64,000 nt of DNA from an uncultured Atribacterota bacterium (GCA_964433635.1 CAYSSG010000007.1:1609-65608), one strand, 5' to 3'. Shown: positions 1 to 9,196, counted from the first letter of the stretch. Notes: generated from the letters alone by a model not told the origin. Translations and numbers: made by a program.

Positions 1-1188
1 GGTATCAAAAAAGCAGGAACCAATAATCCTGTGTTTATACTAGATGAGGTGGATAAACTATTAGCCTCTAATATGGGAGACCCGGCTAGTGCATTACTGG
101 AAGTGCTGGATCCTGAACAAAATAATTCGTTTTCAGACCATTACCTGGAAGTACCCTATGACTTATCTGATGTATTTTTTATTGGGACAGCAAATTCCCT
201 GAGGGAAATTCCGGAAGCGCTTAGAGATAGAATGGAAATCATTCAGATTCACAGCTATACGACGACCGAGAAATTTCATATCGCAAAAGGACATCTGATT
301 GATGAAGTTTTAGAAAATCATGGCCTTACACCTGAGCAATTCAAAATAGAAGATAATGCCATAAAGGCGATTATAGATAAATATACCCGGGAAGCGGGAG
401 TTAGAGGGATTAAAAAGCAATTATCAGCGATCGCCAGGCATGCAACAGAAAAGATTATCGTTGATGAGGTGAAAATTCCTTATACCGTCAAGGAAGAAAT
501 GCTATTTGATATTTTAGGACCCGAAATATCCACTTATGATAAAGTTAAGAAATCAAATCCGCCAGGGGTCGTTACCGGATTAGCCTGGACACCTGTTGGT
601 GGTGATATTTTATTTATCGAAAGTGCTTTTATGCCGGGAAAAGGAGAGTTAATGCTGACAGGGCAATTAGGTGATGTGATGAAAGAATCAGCTAAAATAT
701 CCCAGAGCTTGATCAGGTCCAGATTGTTTTTGAGTTTGGAGGATAATCATTTTGAAAAACATGACCTTCATATTCATATACCACAGGGCTCGATACCCAA
801 GGATGGTCCGTCTGCCGGAGTGACTCTATTTATATCAATAGCCTCTCTGTTTACCGGAATTCCGGTAGATGCCAAAACTGCCATGACCGGCGAGATATCT
901 TTAAGGGGAGCAGTGCTTCCTGTTGGAGGCATTAAAGAAAAAGCCATAGCGGCACATCGTTCCGGTATTAAAAAAATTCTTCTTCCTGCGGAAAATAAAA
1001 AAGACCTTTGTGAGGTTCCGGAGGAAATAAAGAAAGATGTTCAGTTTATTTTTATCGAAACCATAGAGGAATTATTACAAGAGACCTTAGGAATTAAATT
1101 GCCAAGGGTTAGCGAATTTCACTTTTACATTCCGGATAAAAATGTGGTGAGGACTGATAAAGGATTTGTGAAAGTTATAGATAATTAG
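1..1188 (+). CDS. lon: ATP-dependent Lon protease, C-terminal part (5'-truncated by the window edge)
   Basis: The translation carries the Lon S16 proteolytic domain motifs ([20 protein letters not shown]...DGPSAGVT...[38 protein letters not shown]) and an upstream AAA+ lid segment. The ORF runs from the window start in frame 1. Confidence 0.9.
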   Translation, partial: GIKKAGTNNPVFILDEVDKLLASNMGDPASALLEVLDPEQNNSFSDHYLEVPYDLSDVFFIGTANSLREIPEALRDRMEIIQIHSYTTTEKFHIAKGHLIDEVLENHGLTPEQFKIEDNAIKAIIDKYTREAGVRGIKKQLSAIARHATEKIIVDEVKIPYTVKEEMLFDILGPEISTYDKVKKSNPPGVVTGLAWTPVGGDILFIESAFMPGKGELMLTGQLGDVMKESAKISQSLIRSRLFLSLEDNHFEKHDLHIHIPQGSIPKDGPSAGVTLFISIASLFTGIPVDAKTAMTGEISLRGAVLPVGGIKEKAIAAHRSGIKKILLPAENKKDLCEVPEEIKKDVQFIFIETIEELLQETLGIKLPRVSEFHFYIPDKNVVRTDKGFVKVIDN

Positions 1189-1271
1189 ATAAGAGGAAAG
1201 GGGATGTTTAAATTTTCCAAACCCATCTATCCCCCGGTGGTTGATGGTATAGAGAGGCTTAGAAATTTCTA

Positions 1272-1300
1272 TTGACGAAACAAGGGAAGAGATTTATAAT
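1272..1300 (+). promoter_or_regulatory. Sigma-70-like promoter: TTGACG, 17-nt spacer, TATAAT
   Basis: TTGACG lies at 1272-1277, a 17-nt spacer follows, and TATAAT lies at 1295-1300. This is about 20 nt upstream of the riboswitch aptamer. Confidence 0.5.
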
Positions 1301-1317
1301 AAAATCACAAAAATTGA

Positions 1318-1436
1318 ATAGGTGAGTCATTAAGTTGATAAAGGCAAACTATCCGAAAGGATAGGGCGCAAAGTCATGGGTCTAAGGCTATAAAAAAATG
1401 CTAGGACTGCCAGATTGCCAGCTTTTTTTATTTTTG
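1318..1436 (+). ncRNA. c-di-GMP-I (GEMM) riboswitch with a downstream U-tract expression platform
   Basis: The sequence AAAGGCAAACTATCCGAAAGGATAGGGCGCAAAGTCATGGGTCTAAGGC matches the conserved GEMM-I core: GGCAAAC, a P2 hairpin with a GAAA tetraloop (CTATCC-GAAA-GGATAG), the GGGxGCAAAG junction, and GGGTCTAAGG (P3 tetraloop-receptor region). A T-run follows at 1423-1435. The element lies in the leader of the 1794..4472 gene. Confidence 0.7.
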
Positions 1437-1793
1437 AAAACTGAAAATTATGAGGCTTTACAAACTTACTATTTGAGGAGGATACTCCCATGGATAAGGT
1501 AAGTAAAGTCTTTAAATAACGAATTCAATATTGGATTTCTTAAATCCTTGCTCTTTTTAGTTTCAATCATTTGCAGTAAGAACATTCCCGTAAATGTTTC
1601 ATTCCAATCCTACCAAGAATCATTCAATATTCATTCCACGTTTATCCTTTCTGTTCAAGTTCCTTTAATGTTATGGAAGTAAAGAAGTCTTAAACAATTT
1701 TCATTGCCATTTAAAAGGAAGTGATTCTGTATGAAGCATCTATCGTCATGAATCTGCCTGATCAACCAAATAAATCAATAGGAGGATAGAAAA

Positions 1794-4472
1794 ATGGTTG
1801 ATAAAGAGAAAAGATTATTCATTTTCGGCAATATAAAGGGTAAAGAGGGTGAAAAAGCCCTTGCTGGCTTAACGGTGGAAGCTCTGGATCAAAATCTTTT
1901 GGTAGACAAGCGTTTACGCAGCACAACAACGGGGCAGGATGGCAGTTTTGAAATTTTCTTTACAGGAAAAAAGGTCGAAGAAATCTTTCTTGATCAGAAG
2001 CCTGATATCTATCTAAGAATAAAAAACCAGATGGGAGAAGTAATCCATGTTACTGAAAATAAGGTTCGGTATGAACCTGCAGGAGGAAAAGCGTGTCAAA
2101 TTCGCATTCCGGAAGATCTACTTGAGAAGGCAGCAGTAGAGGTCGAACGATCACAGTTCAAACGATTTCTTTCCATCAATCCGAATTACTTTGGAAATGT
2201 GATAGATGAAAAGATGAAGGCCATTCATCCAGCCATTTATCCTATTTCGAAAAAGACCAAATACGAAGAATTATGCTGTGTGGGATTGTATCCTGAAGAT
2301 AATCTGCTGGAAGCGGTGCTGGAAGTCAAACTGCCTTTTGGTTACAATGGTTCGCTCTGCACAGCGGGAAGCAAAGAGTATGTCTCCTTTTATATCGATT
2401 ATAACGACGGTAGCGGTTACACAAGTACCGGGGCAGCTGTTGCGGTGAATGTCCATAACTTCTCTTCTGTAAGCGGAGGACATCTTTTTTATGCAGTTCG
2501 AAAACCATTTACTCCCAAAGCATATCTGAAGTGCGATCAACCACAACTCGTTAAAGTGAGGGCTATTCTTTCCTGGGAAAAACTGCCTCTTGGTCCTGAC
2601 TTTATCCCGGTGTGGGGTAATGTTCTTGATTCCTGGGTTCAGATCAAACCAAAAAAAACCTGGCCTTTTGTCATGCCTATTCCTGCCTATGAATTCAAAC
2701 CTTTGGAAAAAATGGAAGACCTTCAGACATCCACAAACATAGTGCCTGAGGCTGTTGAAGCCATGATTCCATATGCTGAAAAATTGATGATGATCGGTGG
2801 TCAGGATGAAATGAAGGATCTGTTAGAAAAATCAATGAAGGCCGAAAAGAGGGTAAAAGAAGAAGGAAAGGTAGAAAAAGAGAGGTTTGATTTTAAACAG
2901 TGCATCAGCAAAAATCCCAATTATTTTGGCGCGATCAGTGAATCAAAAGATAAAGACAAGGTAATGAAAGCATTATATGATTTGCCACCAAAGACGATCC
3001 AGGATTTGCTTCCCAAAATAGCAATTGATCCTGAATGGCTCGTCCCGGTAAAACCATTGTTAGTCAATACCAAATATGAAGCATTGCGCTGTGTCGGCTT
3101 TCATCCCGAGGATGATCTGCTGGAAGCAATCATCGAGATTAAACAGCCCTACGGTTTTAATGGAGACCTGTGTACCTTAGGCAGCAAGGAGTATGTCGTC
3201 TTTTATATTGATTGGGGAGACGGTTCTGGTTTTCAGCATGTTGCCACGGCAACAGTAGGCGTTCACGACATCCCTGCAATCAACAGTCAACATCTGTTTT
3301 ATGCTGTGAAAGCGAATATAACCTCCAAACCGAAGGAATGCACAATTGAGAATATCGTCAGGGTAAGGGCAATACTTTCCTGGAACCAGGATCCCACACC
3401 TTTTGGTCCAAACTATAACCCGGCATGGGGAAACATGCTGGAAAGAGATATTCAAATAAGACCAAAAGACGGGGCAAGCGTCCAATGCGAGATTGAAATT
3501 GTCAATGAAGTTCATGCAGATGACATCAGTTCATTCGGCAGCAGTAAAGGACTTGCCGTGAAAATTGATTCTTCGAATCATGCTGTTGCAGGAACTTTTG
3601 ACAGGCCATTTGGAGGCATTATTGGGTGCTGGGGAAAAATCAATGTTCCAGGTGCCCACTATTATCGATTCCGCTACAGTGATGATAGTGGCCTATCCTG
3701 GAAAAATATTACCGATAAAAGGATAGCAAGAAATCCCCTTCCCTGGATTTCAACCATCGAACGATACCCGGATTTAGAAGGATGGTTCAGTATCAGTGAC
3801 TATCAGGTTGATGTGGCAAATTATTCGTTGAGCGCATTGGTACATTGGGATAGTTCCGGGAATAATGGAGATTACCTACTGCGACTTGAACTGGGCGATG
3901 CAGGAAAGAATTTACTACCCGGGCAAAGCGCGGAAGCCCCTGTTCGTTTAGACAACAAAGGGATTGACCTCTTTGAGTTTGGAGGCACCCCCACACCTCT
4001 GCCTGCAGAAGGAGTCGTGGTTAAGGATAGCGCCAATCATTACCGGAAATGCGACACATTTAATGGGGATGAAGCGATTAATATTTTCGGCAACTTCAAG
4101 GATGATTATTTCAGAAACTTCGTTCTGACAGTGTTTGGAGGAAATATTGCGGTTTCCGGAGTTGCATTTGGTTCCGGAAGATATGATTCGGGGATTTTTG
4201 ATAAAGATGGTAATCCGCTTCCAGCCCTGAGTGGACATATCAATGATAAAGGCATAACCTTCGCAGCCGATGGTGGAATGGGGCAGGAAATAGGGACCCT
4301 GAATTTATGTACCATTTCTCAGTCTCCCGGTCAAGTAAAATGTGCCTACGGGATCAAACTGACGGTTTGGGATAGGGCAATTGTCGGCTATATCAGAGGG
4401 TATGAATTTGACACTACGTGTCATGGAAGACATGCTTATGTCACCTTTGACTGGGATCCAGTCGGTTGTTAG
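1794..4472 (+). CDS. Large hypothetical protein (892 aa) with an N-terminal transthyretin/carboxypeptidase-regulatory-like segment and an internal tandem duplication of ~246 aa, no signal peptide
   Basis: Long ORF with a GGAGG RBS at 1781-1785. The two repeat copies (~aa 120-365 and ~366-610) share NPNYFG...KYE(E/A)L.CVG..PED.LLEA..E.K.P.G.NG.LCT.GSKEYV.FYID..DGSG...HLFYAV...VRAILSW. The N-terminus (FIFGNIKGKEGEKALAGLTVEALD...TTGQDGSFEIFF) resembles a CarbopepD_reg/transthyretin fold. Confidence 0.8.
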   Translation: MVDKEKRLFIFGNIKGKEGEKALAGLTVEALDQNLLVDKRLRSTTTGQDGSFEIFFTGKKVEEIFLDQKPDIYLRIKNQMGEVIHVTENKVRYEPAGGKACQIRIPEDLLEKAAVEVERSQFKRFLSINPNYFGNVIDEKMKAIHPAIYPISKKTKYEELCCVGLYPEDNLLEAVLEVKLPFGYNGSLCTAGSKEYVSFYIDYNDGSGYTSTGAAVAVNVHNFSSVSGGHLFYAVRKPFTPKAYLKCDQPQLVKVRAILSWEKLPLGPDFIPVWGNVLDSWVQIKPKKTWPFVMPIPAYEFKPLEKMEDLQTSTNIVPEAVEAMIPYAEKLMMIGGQDEMKDLLEKSMKAEKRVKEEGKVEKERFDFKQCISKNPNYFGAISESKDKDKVMKALYDLPPKTIQDLLPKIAIDPEWLVPVKPLLVNTKYEALRCVGFHPEDDLLEAIIEIKQPYGFNGDLCTLGSKEYVVFYIDWGDGSGFQHVATATVGVHDIPAINSQHLFYAVKANITSKPKECTIENIVRVRAILSWNQDPTPFGPNYNPAWGNMLERDIQIRPKDGASVQCEIEIVNEVHADDISSFGSSKGLAVKIDSSNHAVAGTFDRPFGGIIGCWGKINVPGAHYYRFRYSDDSGLSWKNITDKRIARNPLPWISTIERYPDLEGWFSISDYQVDVANYSLSALVHWDSSGNNGDYLLRLELGDAGKNLLPGQSAEAPVRLDNKGIDLFEFGGTPTPLPAEGVVVKDSANHYRKCDTFNGDEAINIFGNFKDDYFRNFVLTVFGGNIAVSGVAFGSGRYDSGIFDKDGNPLPALSGHINDKGITFAADGGMGQEIGTLNLCTISQSPGQVKCAYGIKLTVWDRAIVGYIRGYEFDTTCHGRHAYVTFDWDPVGC

Positions 4473-4525
4473 TTTTTTTAATCGGTATTACGGACAGATT
4501 TCATTACATCGGAAAGGAGATCATA

Positions 4526-4770
4526 TGGGAAAGGAAGAGATGAAATTACCGGATTTAAGTCAAGTGGAGTTTTTGTCTAAATCCTATTTACCAAGGGAAT
4601 GGGTGATGGACCCCCCTCCATTTGTGTGGTGGAAAATTAGAGATGAGGTGTTGGTCAATGTTCTTCAAACCAAAGTGAAATATCTTGCCAAACTTTCGAA
4701 GCTTGAAGCGCAGGCAAAGGAGATCGAAGGACAGATGTACGAAGAAATTGCCCAACAGATGGGAAAATAA
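4526..4770 (+). CDS. Small hypothetical protein (~81 aa)
   Basis: An ATG at 4526 follows a GGAAAGGAG RBS. The six-frame ORF starts further upstream at 4381 but that portion overlaps the 3' end of the preceding gene. No recognisable domain. Confidence 0.4.
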
Positions 4771-4871
4771 AAGTAAATTGATGATTCGTAACAGCTAAGT
4801 CAGAATCAGAATATGCATTCTAAAAATAACGATGTTGAGTCTGTCCGTAATACTCAATCTGGAGACTTTTT

Positions 4872-6440
4872 ATGAAAGAAAAACCTGTTATCTTTGTTGC
4901 TTTTCAAGAACAGGACAATCTGGGGATCGGCTATCTCTCATCAATGCTGATCCAGGCCGGGTTTCCAATTAAAATCATTGATTTTCGTGACGGTAAAGAA
5001 GAGATACTAACCAATATTCATCTGCATCAACCCATAGTAGTCGGTTTTTCAATTATATTCCAGTATCACATTCATGATTTCAAAGATTTACTACAATATT
5101 TGAGAGACCAGGGGGTCGATTGTCATTTCAGTGCAGGAGGACATTATCCCAGTTTAAGGTATCAAGACCTGTTAACAACGATTCCTCAGCTTGATTCGGT
5201 TGTATTATTTGAAGGGGAATATACCTTTCTTGCATTGGTAAAATCGATCTATGCCGGTAAGGAATGGAAACATATTCCAGGAATTGCCTATGGAGAGAAC
5301 GGTTTTCATATTGCCAATCCCCTGCGGCCATTGGAAGAAAATCTTGATAAGTTCCCCGTTCCGGTCCGCCGTCCCTTGCGGGAATATGTTCTTGGAAAAA
5401 AGTATGCCACAATTTTGGCGGGACGTGGGTGTTTCTATCATTGTTCATTCTGTAGTATAAGAGAGTTTTATTCCCGTCCTACCGGTCCAATAAAACGGTT
5501 GAGAAATCCTGAAATGGTGGTGCGGGAAATGGAGTTGTTGCTTAAGCAGATGGATGCTTCTATCTTTATGTTTCAGGATGATGATTTTCCGGTTGCCGGA
5601 AAGATCGGGATTGAGTGGAGTAAGAGATTTTGTGAAGAATTAAACAAAAGAGGATTACGTGAAAAAATATTATGGAAGATCAATTGCAGACCGGATGAAG
5701 TGGAACTGGATACATTTAAACGCATGAAAGATACAGGTTTATTCTTAGTTTATCTGGGCATTGAATCCGGGACCGATGAGGGTTTGCGTCTTATGAATAA
5801 AAAGATGAAAGCTGAAACCAGCCTGAAGACAGTTTATCTGCTTAAAGAGCTCGGTATTCATTATGACTTCGGTTTTATGCTCTTTGATCCGTCCAGCACT
5901 TATCAATCCATTTCGGATAATCTTGATTTTTTAGAGGAATTATGTGGTGATGGTTCTTCCCCTATAACGTTTTGTAAGATGCTTCCCTATGCGGAAACGC
6001 AGATTGAATATCAATTAAGAAAAGAAGGGAGATTAAAAGAGAAGGCCGGGTATATGGATTATGAATTTTATGATCTTTCACTCAATCATTTTTACGATTT
6101 CATCAAGGATTGTTTTCGGGAGTGGATTACAGACCATGAGGGATTGCTCAATATCGCCAGATGGGCAAGATATCATGCACTGGTCTATCAAAAATATTTT
6201 CCGAATTCCCCACAATTTGACGATTTACAAAAAACAATCACTGCCGTTATTGCCGAAAGCAATCTATTCTTTATCCATACATGCAGGAAAGTGATTAATC
6301 CGTTTAATGTCCCTGATGCGGGAAATTGTGATTATAAGAGTTTAGTAAAAGTAAAAGCGGAAGTAGATCAAAAGCACCTGGAATATCAATTGAAACTGCG
6401 TCATTTGATAAAGAATTTAGAAACGTTTGGGAGCTGCTGA
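4872..6440 (+). CDS. B12-binding domain radical SAM protein (class B radical SAM)
   Basis: N-terminal cobalamin-binding-like Rossmann segment (VIFVAFQEQDNLGIGYLSSMLIQAGFPIKIIDF) followed by the CxxxCxxC radical SAM motif (GRGCFYHCSFCSI). 522 aa. Confidence 0.85.
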   Translation: MKEKPVIFVAFQEQDNLGIGYLSSMLIQAGFPIKIIDFRDGKEEILTNIHLHQPIVVGFSIIFQYHIHDFKDLLQYLRDQGVDCHFSAGGHYPSLRYQDLLTTIPQLDSVVLFEGEYTFLALVKSIYAGKEWKHIPGIAYGENGFHIANPLRPLEENLDKFPVPVRRPLREYVLGKKYATILAGRGCFYHCSFCSIREFYSRPTGPIKRLRNPEMVVREMELLLKQMDASIFMFQDDDFPVAGKIGIEWSKRFCEELNKRGLREKILWKINCRPDEVELDTFKRMKDTGLFLVYLGIESGTDEGLRLMNKKMKAETSLKTVYLLKELGIHYDFGFMLFDPSSTYQSISDNLDFLEELCGDGSSPITFCKMLPYAETQIEYQLRKEGRLKEKAGYMDYEFYDLSLNHFYDFIKDCFREWITDHEGLLNIARWARYHALVYQKYFPNSPQFDDLQKTITAVIAESNLFFIHTCRKVINPFNVPDAGNCDYKSLVKVKAEVDQKHLEYQLKLRHLIKNLETFGSC

Positions 6441-6616
6441 CCTGTCGGGAGAGTGTCTGTTACACCTGCAAAGTCAATTTATTTCTACATTTCAGGACAA
6501 GAACCTATGACTTGTACTTGGAATAAGATCATTCGCTGCTCATTCATCGTTAATCCCTGTATTTTATGATCACTAAGCAAAAGAGCAAATAAAGTGAAGA
6601 ATAGAAATGTTAGGAT

Positions 6617-6645
6617 TTGACATATCAATCTTAACAATATATAAT
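6617..6645 (+). promoter_or_regulatory. Consensus sigma-70 promoter: TTGACA, 17-nt spacer, TATAAT
   Basis: TTGACA lies at 6617-6622, a 17-nt spacer follows, and TATAAT lies at 6640-6645. This is 30 nt upstream of the GGAGGA RBS of the DGQHR gene. Confidence 0.55.
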
Positions 6646-6674
6646 TGGAATACAAAATTTGGAGGACTAAGAAA

Positions 6675-8021
6675 ATGGGCTTGAGAGTTACGGGTGTAAG
6701 ATTTAATCAGCATGATATCGAATTTTTAATTGGTTTTGCCAAGGCTGGAGACCTCTTAAGACAAAGCAGGACCGATGAGTGGAGTCCTACCAATTCCAAA
6801 GGTTACCAGCGAGAGATTATCGAAAGAAGGGCAAAAGAATTTGGCAATTTTGTTGCTAAAAACGGGATATCTCCCAATGCCGTTTTATTAAATATCAGGG
6901 ATGCGGATATGAATAGCATCAAGAGAATTACGGAAAATGTATTCGAGGTTCCCGCAGATATACCACTGTGGATTGTCGACGGGCAGCACCGGTTAAAAGG
7001 CTTAGCGTATGCCGGGGAAAACCATCCTGAACTTCTGGATATTAATATCCCCATTGTGCTGATGAACTTAAAATCCCGCGATCCGGATTTGGCCAGAAAC
7101 CAGGAAGCTACCCAGTTCCTTATTATTAATAAAACCCAGAAAGGAGTACGTTCTGATTTAGCCGAACGTATTCTGGCTCAAGCCGAAGAAATAAATAAAC
7201 AGTATGAAGATCTGGACATACCAACCTTTTTAAGAAGAGGCAGATCAGATATGAATCAAAAACAGATAGCATCCAAGATAGAAGAAACCAGGAAAGAGAA
7301 TATTCCCCAATATAACAGAGAGAGTTTCAAAAAGAAAGATGCAATAGAATACAGTAATGAAGCCTATGTGGATTATCAAGAATATAATCATTCGACTACA
7401 CGCGATGATACCAGACAGAATATCCTTCCCAGTAACCTAAAGAGGGAATTGCGCTGGAAACCCCGGGCAGTCCGCATTTCTGATGCCTTGAATAACCGCC
7501 CGGATTCTCCGCTGCAGGGTAGAATGAAATTACCCAACGCTCGTCCCCGGGGTACCACCTTCAGCCAGGTCTCCATGGTCAGTTCGCTGAAAAATGTCTT
7601 AAGTGCAGCTCCTTTTTCTCGTTTAAGCGATGATGAACTGGCTTCCGTTCTGATCAATTTTTGGAAGGCATTTAAAGCGCTTTGTCCGGAACCCTTCCAG
7701 GAAGTGGAAAGAAAACAGAGGGCTGATGATTATGTGCTGCTGAAAACCACAGGAATATTTGTCATACCCAAACTATTAGTGGGAATTGATCCCTATCTTC
7801 CACGGAAACAAGGGATGGCTATCTATACTGTTGAGATCTTCAAGCAATTCTTGTCCCTTGCTGGTGAGCTGATGAAATCCAGCTTCTGGCGTTCAGCAGG
7901 CCTGGGGACTGCCGGTGCCTTTGGGACTGGCCAGAAGAGTTTTTCCCATATCGCCCGGATGATGATCAAACAAATGATCACGAAGGGAGATGATCAGGGA
8001 AAGCAAAAGGTGATTCTATAA
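6675..8021 (+). CDS. DGQHR domain protein (DndB-like)
   Basis: The literal motif DGQHRLKGL sits in ...IPLWIVDGQHRLKGLAYAG... The start at 6675 has RBS GGAGGA 8 nt upstream. The in-frame ATG at 6645 sits inside the -10 box and is rejected. Confidence 0.8.
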   Translation: MGLRVTGVRFNQHDIEFLIGFAKAGDLLRQSRTDEWSPTNSKGYQREIIERRAKEFGNFVAKNGISPNAVLLNIRDADMNSIKRITENVFEVPADIPLWIVDGQHRLKGLAYAGENHPELLDINIPIVLMNLKSRDPDLARNQEATQFLIINKTQKGVRSDLAERILAQAEEINKQYEDLDIPTFLRRGRSDMNQKQIASKIEETRKENIPQYNRESFKKKDAIEYSNEAYVDYQEYNHSTTRDDTRQNILPSNLKRELRWKPRAVRISDALNNRPDSPLQGRMKLPNARPRGTTFSQVSMVSSLKNVLSAAPFSRLSDDELASVLINFWKAFKALCPEPFQEVERKQRADDYVLLKTTGIFVIPKLLVGIDPYLPRKQGMAIYTVEIFKQFLSLAGELMKSSFWRSAGLGTAGAFGTGQKSFSHIARMMIKQMITKGDDQGKQKVIL

Positions 8022-8045
8022 TCTATTATGAGGAAGTGAAAAGTG

Positions 8046-9035
8046 ATGGAAACGATAATCAGCAATTTTATTGCACAGATCCGCTTTGGAGAGGTAGTAA
8101 GTTTTCAGAATATGCAGGTCATTCCTCTTTTTTCGGGTCAAAAAGAAGATCTGGTGTACTTAACTTTAAAAGAGGCCCTGGAAAAAAGGTATTTATTGAT
8201 ACAGGAGGTCAGTAAGGGAGGTTCGGTGCCGGATCTGAAGGTGACTAATCAGGCAGATATTCCAGTACTGCTCCTGGATGGAGAGGAGTTAGCGGGAGCC
8301 AAACAGAACCGGGTATTAAATACCACCATCCTGGTACAGGCAAAGTCAGAAATGATCATCCCGGTCAGCTGTACCGAGCAGGGCAGATGGTCTTATAAGA
8401 CCAATCATTTCTATGATTCTGAAATTGTTTCTCCTGTTTTCCTGCGAGCCAGGAAAGCCTCTTCTATAAATGCTTCCTTAAAGCAGAACAAGACATTTTG
8501 CTCTGACCAAGGTGCTGTCTGGGATAGTGTGGCTTTCTTAAGAAATAAAGCGAAAGTTGAGTCAGCGACCGGGGCGATGAAGGATGTCTTTGAACAGAAA
8601 AAGGAGACTCTGGAGGACTATATCAAGGCCTTCAGGCTCGTGCCTTCCCAGAGGGGAATCCTGGTCTTTGTGGATGGTGAGGTTGCAGGATGGGATATTC
8701 TCTCTCGCGGGGAATCTTTTCAGGTACTGTTTCCCAAGCTGATTAAGAGTTATGCCATGGATGCCTTAATCAAAGATCAGAAAAAGATTATCCTTTCCCG
8801 GAATCCTGAAGAGGAAGCCAGGCTTTTTTTGGAGGGAATAAAAGATTGCCGGGAAGAGAAATATCCTTCTACCGGGTTGGGAGAAGATTTTCGCTTTGAG
8901 GGTTCGGACAAGGTCGGCTCGGCACTGGTAGTTGAGAAGCAGGTCATTCACATGGCCTTTTTCAGGATGAATAAGGAAGAACAGACCGGCCGGATGTCCG
9001 GGTATGAAAGAAGAAGAGGATACCGTATCTACTAG
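8046..9035 (+). CDS. Conserved hypothetical protein, partner of the DGQHR gene
   Basis: It starts 24 nt after the DGQHR stop, with GAGGAAG upstream. 329 aa with no recognisable catalytic motif. Same strand and orientation as the DGQHR gene, implying co-transcription. Confidence 0.65.
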   Translation: METIISNFIAQIRFGEVVSFQNMQVIPLFSGQKEDLVYLTLKEALEKRYLLIQEVSKGGSVPDLKVTNQADIPVLLLDGEELAGAKQNRVLNTTILVQAKSEMIIPVSCTEQGRWSYKTNHFYDSEIVSPVFLRARKASSINASLKQNKTFCSDQGAVWDSVAFLRNKAKVESATGAMKDVFEQKKETLEDYIKAFRLVPSQRGILVFVDGEVAGWDILSRGESFQVLFPKLIKSYAMDALIKDQKKIILSRNPEEEARLFLEGIKDCREEKYPSTGLGEDFRFEGSDKVGSALVVEKQVIHMAFFRMNKEEQTGRMSGYERRRGYRIY

Positions 9036-9196
9036 CGTCCCATATAAAATATTTAATCCGGGCTATTTAATTGATTGTTACCGTTATCATTTTGGTTTTT
9101 ATTTTCAATAGGATTCCATAGAAGATAGGGCAATAGAAGATGTAAAATGGTGCAGGGATTCTGTTAACACAATAACTAGAAAGAAGGGTAGAACAG

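Noticed and set aside
2271-4315. Six antisense ORFs (2271-2546, 2326-2508, 3177-3515, 3793-3996, 3948-4238, 4106-4315, minus strand) inside the 892-aa gene
   Set aside because: All are embedded in a long, well-supported + strand gene with a strong RBS. They have no SD sequences or recognisable motifs, and their amino-acid composition is typical of frame-shifted reading of a coding region.
4381-4525. Upstream extension of the small ORF (4381 start) overlapping the last 90 nt of the 892-aa gene
   Set aside because: No RBS at 4381. An internal ATG at 4526 with GGAAAGGAG is a far better start, and the upstream part is more likely read-through of the overlapping frame.
6645-6674. Upstream ATG (6645) giving a 10-aa longer DGQHR protein (MEYKIWRTKK...)
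   Set aside because: The ATG lies inside the -10 box of the consensus promoter and has no RBS. The ATG at 6675 is 8 nt after GGAGGA.
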